Shown: positions 50,701 to 62,535 of the stretch, in pieces
Layout: the number at the start of each line of letters is the position of its first letter
Numbering within the stretch: the first letter of the stretch is position 1
Assembly (NCBI RefSeq): GCF_009834535.1
Contig: NC_045702.1
Span: 42,718,001-42,782,000, forward strand
DNA length: 64,000 bases
Direction: 5' to 3'
Source of the DNA: Camelus ferus
Lineage: Eukaryota
Program-made: the position numbers and the translations under genes
The notes under the pieces: generated by a model
Told to the model about the DNA's origin: nothing
The model's input: only the letters and a program-made list of their open reading frames with translations
Database searches by the model: none

Positions 50701-52059
50701 GTGCGGAAAAAGCCAGAGACGCTCCCTATCACAGTGCTTGTAGTGATGACCCTAGGGGAGGCAGTGGTAGTTTAGGCATACTCACTTCCTAACTTCACAT
50801 GTCTGATTTTAATTGTTCAGTGGTTTTTCCACTTTTTAAAAATTAGCAAACGCTATTTTGTAATTTTTAAAGCTAATAAAATGATTTAAAAGTTAAAAAC
50901 ACCACGACCCCTGATGGAAAGCGTTTCCAACAGCATCAGTCTCACCATCCCTGCATTCATTCTGCTTGAGCAATTTCGTCTACCCGGTAGTTACTACGTT
51001 AATAGGTATTTCTTATGCTGTGGGTTTTAAACAATCCAGAATACAGGTGTAGTAGTAGAGAAATCGTTTAATCTCAGTTCAGCAGAGCTTTTCTTCAAGT
51101 GTCCCTTAGGTTTCTCCTTTCCCACAGCCTCCTTTCAGTTGTTATCAGGATGGATGGGTTGACTTGCCTGAGAAAGAAAGGCTGCCTCCCAGAGAGTGTC
51201 AGAAGAAAATATCTTGGATTTTAGGGAAAATGGGCTCTGAGTGAAGCACTTCATCGGTTCAGCAGCTTTTCTGTAGACACACCCTTGCCTCCCGCATCCC
51301 CAACCCCACCTCCTGCCTGCCACCTTCTTTGAAGAAGCGAAGCAAAGCAAATGCATGTCTTCTTTAGGTCTCTGTAATTCTCACCTCCCTCCTCCTCCTC
51401 CTCCTGGCCTTTTTCTTCCCTCCTTCCCTCCTTCCTGCCCCTTAGACTTGGTGCTTGTCTCACCCTCATTCAGAGTTTAAGAGGATGGTGAGCCATGCAG
51501 TCAAAATTTCATCTCTTTTAGACAGTTTTTTTTTAAACCACTTGTTTTTCTGATTATTGGAAGCTTTAAAGGAAAAACTAAGTTCCCAAAAATACCCCAC
51601 TCCAAATGGGTTTCAAATAAGGTTGGGTCAGTCCTTTGCTCCATTGTGATTATAATGTTTCTTAATCTGTATCTCCCTTCCCCACTCCCACCCCAACCTT
51701 AAGGTGGTAGGTGGAGACCCAGGAATTCTATGATGATTCTAACCTTTTTCACTGTACTGCTGCACTCTTAGTATCGCCTGCAAATGACATCGTTTTTCAT
51801 TACTATATCTGCCTCCAGCCATGGATTCAGAAAGGTCAATTTTAATTAAAAACCAAAGAAAAGTATATTTTGTGGGATTTTTCCCCCTAGAAGAATAGGT
51901 TATTAGCTCTCTTTGTAACCCCTGCTATCTTGCTGAACTCTCAGAGAACACAGACAGGCACTTTGGAGGACGGGGAACTCATCCCTGCACCCACTCTGCT
52001 GGGGGTGTCCGTGCAGAGGACCTGCATCATCCCAACACATTATCCATCAAACGTGAGAG

Positions 52060-52170
52060 CAGAAGAAGTGATTAAAACCATCATCTTAGTGCAACTCCCA
52101 TTTTGCAGATGACATTGAGGACTCGAGGGTTTACTTGACTTTGTCCAAGGTCCCCAGTAAGCTGGGAGTG
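52060..52170 (-). mobile_element. MIR fragment
   Basis: ctcccattttgcagatgacattgagg...tgactttgtccaaggtccccag. Confidence 0.65.
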
Positions 52171-52271
52171 GAGGAAAGAGGGAGGAAGGAAGCACCGATG
52201 GACAGTTAGACAGGCTAGGAAGATTTGCTTACTTGAATCTTCAGTGAGATTAGGTTTACAAAGATGTGGTG

Positions 52272-52870
52272 TTTTTTTTTTTTTAATTTAAGGTAAAATT
52301 CACATACAGTTCACCATCTTAACCACTTTATAAAGTGTACAATTCAGTGGTTTTTAGTGCATTCACAGTATTGTACAACTGTCACCACTGTCTAATTCCA
52401 TAACATTCTCATCCCTCCAAAAAGCAGTCATTCCCTATTCCTCCCTCCCCCAGCTCCCGGAAACCACTCATCTGTTTTCTGTCTCTGTGGATCTGCTTAT
52501 TCTGCATATTTCATAAAAGTTGAATCATATACTATCCGGCCTTTTGTGACTGGCTCCTCTCACTTAACATAATGTTCTCAAGGTTCATTCACATGGTAGC
52601 AGATATCAGTACTTCTTTGCTTTGTGTGGTTGAATAACGTTCCGTGGTAGGGATATACCATATTGTGTTTATTCATCAGTCAGTGGGTTGTTACTGCTTG
52701 TTGGCTCTTATGGATAATGCTGCTTTGAACATCTGTGTGCTAGTGTTTGTCTGAATAGCTGCCTTCAGTTCTCTTGGGTATAATAGTAATGGAATTGCTA
52801 CTCATGGAAATTCTATGGGTGACTTCTTGAGGACCTGCCAGACTGTTTTTTACAGTGGCTGTGCAACATT
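52272..52870 (-). mobile_element. L1MB-like 3' end
   Basis: PolyT, then aaggtaaaattcacatac...aagtgtacaattcagtggtttttagtgcattcacag...gaggacctgccagactgtttt. Confidence 0.9.
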
Positions 52871-52904
52871 TTTAAAACAATGTTTAACTGACAGTGTTTC
52901 TTAA

Positions 52905-53095
52905 AACAAACACTGAGTTGTGTGCCAGGCCTTGAGAGCAAAGATGAATAAAAAGCAGCCCCCATTCACTGGCAGAGATACACCAGGAGATATTGTTGGG
53001 GCTTCCCTGATGGAGGTGGAAGGTGTGAAGTTGTAAGGGAGGGCAGGTGAAGCTCTGGCTTGGAGGTGGCACATGAGCTGAAAGTCAAGGCTGTA
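52905..53095 (-). mobile_element. L2 3' fragment
   Basis: tgtgtgccaggccttgagagcaaagatgaataaaa...catgagctgaaagtcaagg. Confidence 0.6.
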
Positions 53096-53631
53096 GGTCA
53101 AATGGGAAGACGGACTTACAATACTAGGGATTCTTGCATACAAAGAGCCCATCTTCTAGGGTGAAGACAGTCAGTGGTCTGCCATTAACAGGCAGCATCT
53201 TTTACGTAAGGCTACCAGCTAGCCAGACTGTTGGTTTCCTAGTTTTACTGTTCATTGCCTTTATTACTGACTTAGCTCTTCCTCTTAATGTGAACCTTCA
53301 TTCAAGAGTCCAGTATACTTCCTAGCAATACTCAGATCTTTTGCAGCGTTCTCCTGTCCATCTTATATTTTTGCAGAATTACAGTACCCTCAGAGGCCTC
53401 TGCCAGGTAGGTAGACAAAGAAAATACACACACTTTATAGTACACATGAAACAAGCAAGAAGACAGTGTTAACAAAAGACCCCTCCTACCAAACCTTAAG
53501 TGAAAGGCCAGTTGTTATTTTGTTTTTTATTATCTTTGTTACTTTATCTTGCTGGTCTTATCACACCCCCTGGCCCCAACCTTACCCCAGTCCATTCTCC
53601 AGCTGTTATCAATGATATTTCTAAAATAAGT

Positions 53632-54084
53632 TGCACCTCAGTGTTCATAGCATCACTATTTACAGTAGCCAAGACATGGAAGCAGCCTGAGTGTCTATTG
53701 ACAGATAAATGAATAAAGATGTGATCTATATGTACAATGGAGTACAAGTCAGCCATAAAAAAGAATGAAGTAATGCCATTTGCAGCAAGATGGATGAACC
53801 TAGATTATTATACTAAGTGAAGTCAGAGAAATAAAAACATCATATGATATGACATACGTGTATTCTAAAATAGGACACAAATGAGCTTATTTACAAAACA
53901 GAAATAGACTCAGACATAGAAAACAAACTTATGTTACCAAAGAGGACGGAGGTGATAATTTAGAAATTTGTGATTAGCCAACACAAACTACTATATATAA
54001 AGTAAATAAACAACAAGGTCCTACTGTATAGCACAAGGAACTATATTCCTGTAATAAACCATAATGGAAAATAAAATGAAAAAG

Positions 54085-54130
<46 letters not shown>

Positions 54131-54212
54131 AAACAGAATCACTTTGCTGTGCACCAGAAACTAACACAACATTGTAATTCAACTGTGCTTCAATTTAAAA
54201 AATTAAAAAATA
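53632..54212 (+). mobile_element. Artiodactyl-type L1 3' region
   Basis: tgcacctcagtgttcatagcatcactatttacagtagccaagacatggaagc...gccatttgcagcaagatggatgaacctag...ccagaaactaacacaacattgta. Confidence 0.93.
54087..54128. repeat. (CA)21 microsatellite
   Basis: Uninterrupted CA repeat, 42 bp, inside the L1 3' UTR. Confidence 0.97.
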
Positions 54213-55899
54213 ACAATTGAAAGCAAAGTTGATCATGCTAGGAGCCCCACTCCCCCCAGCCAGAGTTCTTCAGTGCATCTTCATTTCCTTCGGGTAATCA
54301 TCACACTCTAGCAGGACCTTTAGGGCTCTTCTGTGTGGCACTGGCATCAGTCTCTTCTACAGCCTCATCCTCTCCTCTCCTCTCCCCCCACCCTGTGCTG
54401 TAATCCAGTGGGTCTGCTTGTTCCCCAGATGTCACACTCTGTCTTGCCTCTTTATCCTCACACAGTTGGCTCCTTCTTGGAAATGTTGTCTTTGTCTCCC
54501 AATCCTCTTAACCTGACTAACTCCTATTCATCCTTCGAAACCCATCTTGTGTGCCTTCAGTGCATTCTTTCTCATGGTTGTAACTGTTCACTTCTCTGTA
54601 CAGTAGAGGACCATCTCTTTCAGGCACCCAGGGCTTTATTTTCATGTGGTGACCTCATCATCTTAGGCTGGACTAGTGAACATGTTTGAAGGCAGCACTT
54701 CATAGGATGATCTGGATTCTTGTACCCAGTTAGTGAGGCTTTCTCTCCTCCTATGGGATGAGAGAGGAGCCATTCGTTTGATAGTTGTTAAAATTATTCC
54801 TTGGCAGTTTCTCAGAGGACATGGTCTTAGTAGCATTTGTAGATATGAGAAATCCTGTTTCTGAGGTGCTCAAGATTCGTTTTTAGGTCCTGTGTACTGC
54901 CAGACAGCTAATTGCAGAGGAATCCTCCCCCTCCAGATGTGTTAATAAAGAGTAGGGAGGCCCTTTCCTCACTGTTGGCAAGGACACTCAGATTCCAGAC
55001 TCTTGGCATTCATGTGTGTTATAGTCATAATCCATAAATTCAAGTAATCTGAAGTATGTAGATCCTGCTTGCCCTCAGGCTGATGAAGGTCAGACACAAA
55101 AATGTCTTGGAAAGTGAAGAAACACAAGATGCAGTGATATTTTCTTGGCTTCTGAAAACTGAGGCTTGGGAAGTCGATGTGGTCATGGAATTCTCTACTG
55201 CCTCATAATTTTACACTTGAGTAAGATGTCTCGTTTTATTTTTCCCACGTCTGCGTCACCTTTTCAAAAAAATAGTTTATACCAAATCCATCTAAATTTG
55301 AGCTCAAAATATCCCAAGTAGGGAAGTATAATCATTTGGGACAGTGACTTGGAAAGGAGGTAAGCTCTCCTGCCTTCCACTGTCAGCCAACACCTCGTAT
55401 TACCCAGGCAAACACACTCACACTCGGACGTTGAGCACCCAAATAACAGTTCTTTGTGTTGGGAGCCACAACTCAAAGTCTTTTGCTTCTAATTTCTATC
55501 TCACAGCTTCTGTTGCATATGTTTTAATTTTTAAACATGTGGCACATATGTCTAGAGCACCTGTTGTTTGCATTCTATGAAAAAATTTGTGTCTTTGAGA
55601 GCACACAAAAGCTGTAAAATAGAAGTAACTTGTGTGGTTTCCAAAAGGACTTTCTTTCCTTAGTGGATGTTTTATGACTTCCTGCTATATTGAGTTTGAG
55701 TCATATTAAGTTAAATATTGCTTGATTGAATTGAGTATCTAAAGTGACTCAGGGAGTGGAATAAAGCTGATTAGGGAACTAAGGTTTTCTGCCCAGTGTA
55801 GCTAATGTAGCTATAGTCAGCAGCATCTATTCCAGATTCCTCCCTTGATGCTGATCATGGAATTGATACAACTTTTTTTTTTTTTTGAACCATTCTTTT

Positions 55900-56396
55900 A
55901 AGTGGGCATCAAAAACTCCACATATCTGATATGGAGCTCTTGGTCCCCACCACCCCTACACACATGCTCTCCTGTTTCTCTCCCAGGCTTCCCTGTCTCA
56001 CTAGATGACACTATCACCTGCCTTGCTGCTTGGTCACTGTCACCTCCCTGCCCTCAGACCTGCCGAGTTCAGTCTCACTGTCTCGCAGTGACACCAGCCA
56101 ATCTGTCTCTCTCTTTCTCTGAGATGTTTATCCCCGGATCTCTGTGTGGTTCATTTCTCATCGTTTAAGACTTGACATAAATGGTCCTCCTCAGAGAGGT
56201 ATTCCCAATCACTCTTCATCATATCATCCTTCTATTTTCTTTGTTGTTCTCACCCCTCGTGATGTTTTCTGGTCTATTTGTTGTTTCTCACTTTCCCTTC
56301 TGGACTGTAAGCTGCACAAGGACAGGACCTTGCTTGCCCTGCCTGTCATGTACTTGGCACACAATAAATATTTGGATGAATGAATGAGTGAATAAA
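55900..56396 (+). mobile_element. L2 3' region
   Basis: ...ctcctcagagagg...ggactgtaagctgcacaaggacagg...ttggcacacaataaatatttggatgaatgaatgagtgaat. Confidence 0.88.
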
Positions 56397-57289
56397 AGAA
56401 ATGAAACTGGCTTTAGATGTTTCTTAGGAGGAGTTTGAAGAGCCCAAATAGTATATAAAATGGAAGCTTTCCTAACAGTTGAATTCATTTTTAGTAAAAT
56501 TAAGGGGTTTTTTCTCATGTGTAAAGAATACCCTTTAATAATACTTTAGATTTGCATTATCTGGACTCTCAGCATTTTTTTTAATGTGTTGGAGTCTTTA
56601 GTTCGAGGACTTTCTGAAAGGCTAACTTTAATAACATCAGACCTGCCATTTCCACAGGGCTTAGAATAGATTCTAAAATGCCAGCAAAAATTAAATGCAA
56701 AAAACTCCAGTTAATTAATGTTTCAGAATAAATTAATGCTTTCGGTGTGACTTTAACTGACAAGAATGGTGAATTTCAGAGTCAAAACCACCACCCTTTT
56801 CCCATGCCTGTATTTTGTGGTGTGTTCAGTCATTCCAGTTATTTATCTCCTTGGAGGGGGAAAACATATACTTACTGAATTTTAAATTAAAATGAAAAAC
56901 ACAGTTGTACTGAATATTCTTAGGGGAATGTGTTTTAGCATTCCTTCTAACTCTAGTTATGTGATAATTCCCAGACTTTCAAAGTTGGGAACAGATCCTA
57001 AATATCTTTGTCTGTCACCACAATGCTGTAACATACCAAGGAGAGAGGAAGCTAACATTTCTGTTTATAGTGTGTTCCAGTGACTGGCTTGCTTATTACA
57101 TATATCTCAGTAAATAATTATGGAATTGGTGGTATGCACTGGACACAAGGGAAGGGAATCTTGTCTATAATTTATCTCTTGTTTCTCCTTGGATCTTAGA
57201 CGATAAAAAAGAACTGGCAACAACGTATGATGTTTCTTTCTTTTTCTTCTTCCTCATCTCCCCTCTTTGACTCTTTGAGCCTCCTTTTC

Positions 57290-57480
57290 CTTATTGATAA
57301 GATTAATATGCCTGTTTCGTAAGAATATTGTGAGGTCATGAGATGACCATGTCCAGTCTAGTACCTGATACTAGGCTATTTTTTTTAGAACAGGAGAATG
57401 TTTTTGGAGGGTTCCTGCACTAAGGAGGGCCAGGTAGAGCTCTAGGATCTCTTTAAACCTTCAGATCCTGTGATCTTATG
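57290..57480 (+). mobile_element. MIR and MIR3-like fragments
   Basis: aagaatattgtgaggtcatgagatga...; gctctaggatctctttaaaccttcagatcctgtgat. Confidence 0.5.
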
Positions 57481-59399
57481 TTCTGTGTACCGTACAGTCA
57501 AGAACCTTTAAAATGTAGGATCTTTGGCCTCCACTTTACCACTGTTTGTTAATTTGTGAGCAAATATTTCAGTATGGAAGTGAAATCAAGCTGCCAAGCC
57601 AGTACAGGGTAAAGGATGCTATCTATTTATATTCTGTTCTGTTCCACAGAAGGGTTTGAGGTAGAGATAAATGTTTATTGTGAACATTTATTCTTCTTGT
57701 TTAATACTTTTAAGTGTACCAAGTATAGACAGTTAGGCTGGATATACACTGACCTGTAAATATGTTCAGCAAATCTTTTGCTTTAAATAAATACGAATGT
57801 TTTTGTTTGTTTCTGTATTTTCCTTCTTTCTTACAAAAGTCATGTGGGAAGGATAAGTTCCAAGTCATCTGGAATTCTGTTTTTTGGGTTCAAGAATTTC
57901 CTGGAGTTATGAGGTGTGCACATGTTTCTTTTTTTTTTTTTTTTTTCTGAAATTATAGTTATTTGATATTTGCAAGTTATTTTGGGGAACAAGCATTTCA
58001 AACAGAGTGCTCACAAGAAATAACGATATTATAAAAAGCAGATGTTAAACAGTTTTATTTTTAAAAAAAGAAAGATCATCTCCATTATTTGTAAATGTTT
58101 GAAAGAAAATAGCAAATTCAATAGGAGAGTTTTTATCTTTTCCTCTTTTCCTTCCTTTATCTAGTCCAGTTATGCAAATAAAATTACATGAATCATTTGC
58201 TTAACATATTCAAATCTACATAAATTTGTAATGTTAGGACCATAAAACTCTGAAAAATGAGAGCATATCTATTAGTTATGTTAATTAATACAAGCACATT
58301 AAGAAGCTATTTGCTAAGCATTGTGTAGCCAGCATTCTTACTTAAATTAGGCCTATTGATCTGATATTTAAAAGGACAGCTGCAAAACTCACTGGTGAAC
58401 CTATTTTTGATCAGGTTAATAAAACATGGACACAAACAATATTAGAGTAATTCAGTTGAAAGCAAACACACAACATGTAAACTTGGGGATGGAAAATGAT
58501 TATGGCCTTGAATTATCTGTGTGGACAATTTCTATTGCATGGAAAATTCCCTTTCTCCATGCTCTTTGTGTGGTGTTACCTGCTGTATCAGTTCTCATTG
58601 GGTTTTTTTCCCCTCTTTGTTGAGTACTAGTTGTAAGAATTATCAACTGAGTTTCAAGCTTTTACCATGGGAAGAAAAAAAAATCTTTCTTTCCCTGAAT
58701 TAAAATAGTGACATTACGTCATTGCAAATGAAAATTCCAAAATCTCTCTGTCCATCCCTGTTAAAGCAATTTAGATGTGCGTGTGACCAGAAGAGAGAAG
58801 GTGAGTGATAGGCAGACATTCCGGGGAGACGTATTGTCGGAAGTCCTCTGTGATCATTGATGCTGTCCAGGAATGGAGTAACTACCTAGAAGAGGGTTCC
58901 GCGTTGCTAGAGGTGTCCTGAATGTTTTAGAATTGACTTGTGAGAGCTGAATTAAGTTGAATAAGAGTTGAATATTTTTACACAGTCGATGCATCTTTTA
59001 TTCGCAAATAAAGGCTCTAGCAAGATGTTATCTACACATTTGTACAAAGGTTTGGACGCCCCTAGAAACTGCAGCAAGGTCAGGAAATAGAGCCCACTGT
59101 GATGACAGGAATGCCACAGTCATCGGCAAGCTCACCTCTAATCTGCATTTGGCAAGAAGTAAGTCCTGAGGACCCTCATCCCTGCCGGGGGCGCCCTCCA
59201 GAAAGATCCCAGCCTAAGGAACACCTTTCATAGAAAACCATAAAAATATAGGTTATATGTCTTCAAATTCCTACCACAAGTACTGCATTTATAGGCAAAG
59301 TGATATAGAAATATGAACCTAACAAAACTTTTAAAAAACTCTTCTCTCCCATTTTTTTTCTGTGACCTGTCCATCCCACATAACTCTGGACACTGTATG

Positions 59400-59570
59400 A
59401 TCCTGTGGGTCAGAATTTAGAAAGAGGGTTTGTTTTGACCAACATTTTCCATTTCTTTCAGTTAAGGAAACTGAGACTCTAGGAGGTGAAGGACCCATCC
59501 AAAGCCATACAACTAGGTACTGAATTTGGGAATATGAACTCCAATCTCATGACCCCTCCTCCATGCTCAC
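59400..59570 (-). mobile_element. MIR fragment
   Basis: cagttaaggaaactgagactctaggaggtgaaggacccatccaaagccatacaact. Confidence 0.75.
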
Positions 59571-60198
59571 CTCACTGTGTCCCCTCTATTTCCCTGAATC
59601 AGTTCTATGATGTTTTCTATGAATCATAAAACTCAGCCGAGGTCAGAATGTGGCCTGCTCTGCTCTAGTAATAACACAGATCAGTCATTAAAGAACTCCT
59701 GGAGAATGAAATTGACATTGGCTTAATTGGTTCTGCGCAGAAAAACTGAGAAAGAAAGTAACTGTTCTTTGTTTTTGTTTTTTCTAACTGAACAGATCTG
59801 TTGGATGTTCTTTCAGTTCCTCTGCTTCGGTATCTTCTTGCGGAGGGCACTCGTGAGAAAACACAAAAATTTTCATTGCTTTTGAGTATGTTTCATCTTG
59901 CTGCTTGGTCTTTCTCTAAGTCATTATTTTCAGCCAGAGTAGATCGAGGTTAAGCAGGGTCTACATGGAGCCAAATAAATTCTCACCAGATTGATTCTGT
60001 CTGCACCCCACTAAGGATTTCCTCTCATCCCACAGATCCAGAATCTTCCCAAAGGAACCTGGGCCACTGAACTGTGCCCACTGGGAAGTTGAAAGGAAGT
60101 CACTTATGTCTTCTGGCTCTACCTGTACCTAAGGAGTTTGTTCTTTAGCCGCAGATGGTCCGCTGTGAGAGGTGCTAGTATGTTTGCTGTCTTCCCAA

Positions 60199-60277
60199 GG
60201 TAGTGCAGATTGGACCCTGGACCTTGTGCATGCTAAACACATGCTGTACTGGTGACCTCTGCCCACCCCACTCCCCA
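60199..60277 (-). mobile_element. Diverged Vic-1 head without A tail
   Basis: gattggaccctggaccttgtgcatgctaaacacatgctgtactggtgacctctgcccacccc is the reverse-complement tRNA-Ala-like head. Confidence 0.75.
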
Positions 60278-61271
60278 GCTTCCATATAACTGTGTCTATT
60301 CTTTCTGGATGCTTCACTCAGTCCCCAACTATACTACCCTAACCTTTCCAGAAGCACAGCCTCACCCCTAACATCCCACACCCCAAAGTACCAAAGCAGT
60401 GTTCGAAATCTGAGTGTCTAATAAAGGGGGATAAAAGCCACTGGCCCACATCGGAAGGGCAGTTTTCCTTCCTTCTTCTGTGTGGCAGACCCTCAGGTAA
60501 CATCTTCACCATGAGGAAGCCCGGGTGCCTTCCTCTGAGCTGCAGAGCCTTTGTCAAGATGTTTTCTGTGTCCGCAGCTGCCTGCAAAGTGGGGTTGCAT
60601 TGATCGGCCACTTATGTGTTTTCCTCCTGGTTGTTCCCAACAGATAAACCAGGGCAGTAAGAGCAGATGAGGAACAGGCAAGGAGGAGAACTGTGTTTTA
60701 CTAATAGTCTTGAACAATATGAACATCCCTGACAACAGTATGAAACCACAGAATGTTAGATATTTTCTAGTTTGTTACTGTGTCTGTGGCTTGTTAATAA
60801 ATATTTATCAAGTAGACTCTAACCTGAAGTTCGTTCCAGGCTGGGCTGCTGTCCCAGTAGACTTCAGTGTATAATGGAATCATAATTACTGCAAAGAGTG
60901 ACACGTTAAAATGACTGGTTTAGGGAAGATTTGATTTACTTTTATTTTCCCTCACAGTTTTTACACCCTAATGCATCAAGACAAAGAAAAGATTGTAATT
61001 TACTGAGAAAAGTCCCAGGGTCCTTAGTGATCGTCTTACTTACGTTTACTTTTAGACAGACTAGAGGGACTCGATTTGGCTTTTTATGTTAACGTTGTTC
61101 AAGGAAGGATGATCTTCTTGCTGAATTATCACACATACAGTACACCTTCGCTTGGTAAAGAAGTTATGTTTGGCAACTACATTGAATTTTTCCTTCTTTC
61201 TTCATTTGGATGTGCTTATTATTGTACATGCCTCTGATCTGTTCTCAAGAGTTTCAGTTGCTGTTACTTTA

Positions 61272-61511
61272 TTTATTGAGGTACAGTCAATTTACAATGT
61301 GTTAACTTCTGGTGTACAGCATAGTGATTCAGTTGTACATACATATATATGTATTCCTTTTTAAACTCTTTTTCATTATAGGCTATTACAAGATATTGAA
61401 TCTAGTTCCCTGTGCTATACAGTAGGACCTCGTTGTTTATCTGTTTTATATATAGTAGTTAGTATCTGCAAGTCCCAAACTCCCAGTTTATCCCTTCCCA
61501 CCTCTTCCCCC
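61272..61511 (-). mobile_element. Artiodactyl-type L1 3' end, 5'-truncated
   Basis: tttattgaggtacagtcaatttacaatg...ctggtgtacagcatagtgattcag...; exact 17-bp TSD CAGTTGCTGTTACTTTA (61255-61271 and 61512-61528). Confidence 0.93.
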
Positions 61512-62269
61512 CAGTTGCTGTTACTTTAGAACTGAAACTGAGAATTGCCCAGGGCAATAGTTGAAAGCTTTGGTGGGCTTTGAAAACCCAGAAGGAAAAT
61601 GTATCATAGTATATATTTTCTGGTTTACATTTTGTCGTCCTGTGTACTCTCTAATGAGCACATGCTAGCAATCTCTAAGCATGTCATAACTTCTCTCTGT
61701 GAAACTTACCCTCCAGCTTCTTCCTCCTGGCCCCTTCATCCCCCAAATAAAACAAGAAACAAAATCAACAGGGAGGAAGAGGAACTCTGTGCCTTAATTG
61801 AGTAGCTCATTTGCTTTTCAGCATTTATTCTCTCAGAAAAATTGTTGCTGAAAGTTATTTTCGATAATGTGCTTTTTAAATTCCTTACGTTTTTTCCTTC
61901 CCTTTTTACTATACTTGAGATTAATACCATCTCGATCTTTTTTCAAATGTTCAACAGATAAACTGGTCCTGTTGCCTTTTTTTTATATATGTATATAATT
62001 TTGCAATTTGAGGACAGTGATTGTTCAAGCTTCATGTCCTTGGCTTCATATTGCAAGTTCCCCGTCTTACTGGCTGTGATGATATTTCATTAATACTATG
62101 CAGGCTAGTAAAAAAATCACACTTTGTTTGCAGAGGCCATGGCATGTTTACCTTTTACTCAATAACAGATTCCTTTCTGAGTGAATAGGGAAAGCAGGCT
62201 CTCTTTTGATATTTCATCCAACCCCATGTTTCTGTTAAGGGAGATGATGGTGTCATTTGCGTGTCGTTC

Positions 62270-62535
62270 CAGAAAGTTCATGGTATTTGAATTCAGAAGA
62301 CCTGGGTTCAGATTCCAGCTTGGCCACACACCTGGGTATGTGAGCACAGGCCAGTCACTTTGGCAGTTTAGCCTTTTTTTCATCTGTGAACTAAAGACAA
62401 GAAGTTTGTCTCTTTTGTAAATCCTTGTTGGAATGAGGCAGCATTAGTATAATGAGAGTATCTTCCATACAAGGCTGTTGTGAATATTAAATGCTACGTT
62501 ACATAAACTAAATCACTGTGTATATGTTAGTTGTC
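62270..62535 (+). mobile_element. MIR SINE
   Basis: cagaagacctgggttcagattccagcttggccac...tcatctgtgaa...aaggctgttgtgaatattaaatg. Confidence 0.8.

Larger units (their letters stand above)
48180..50890 (+). mobile_element. Ancient L1ME-like ORF2 to 3' end, decayed
   Basis: A-rich decayed ORF2 motifs (atgcaattccaataaaatcc, gcttgacaaattgcttctaaagtttata, aaattctagaagaaaat, ctttgacctagcagttc). Confidence 0.75.
53540..54690 (+). mobile_element. L2 fragment interrupted by L1
   Basis: ccagtccattctccagctg...tttctaaaa | aagttgatcatg...ccttcttggaaatg...ctaactcctattcatccttc. Confidence 0.65.

Noticed and set aside
38340-50890. L1 ORF1/ORF2 as CDS
   Set aside because: Riddled with stops and frameshifts; no L1-like protein appears in the ORF track
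59181-59194. CTCF-like CCTGCCGGGGGCGC
   Set aside because: Two mismatches, including the highly conserved A of the core
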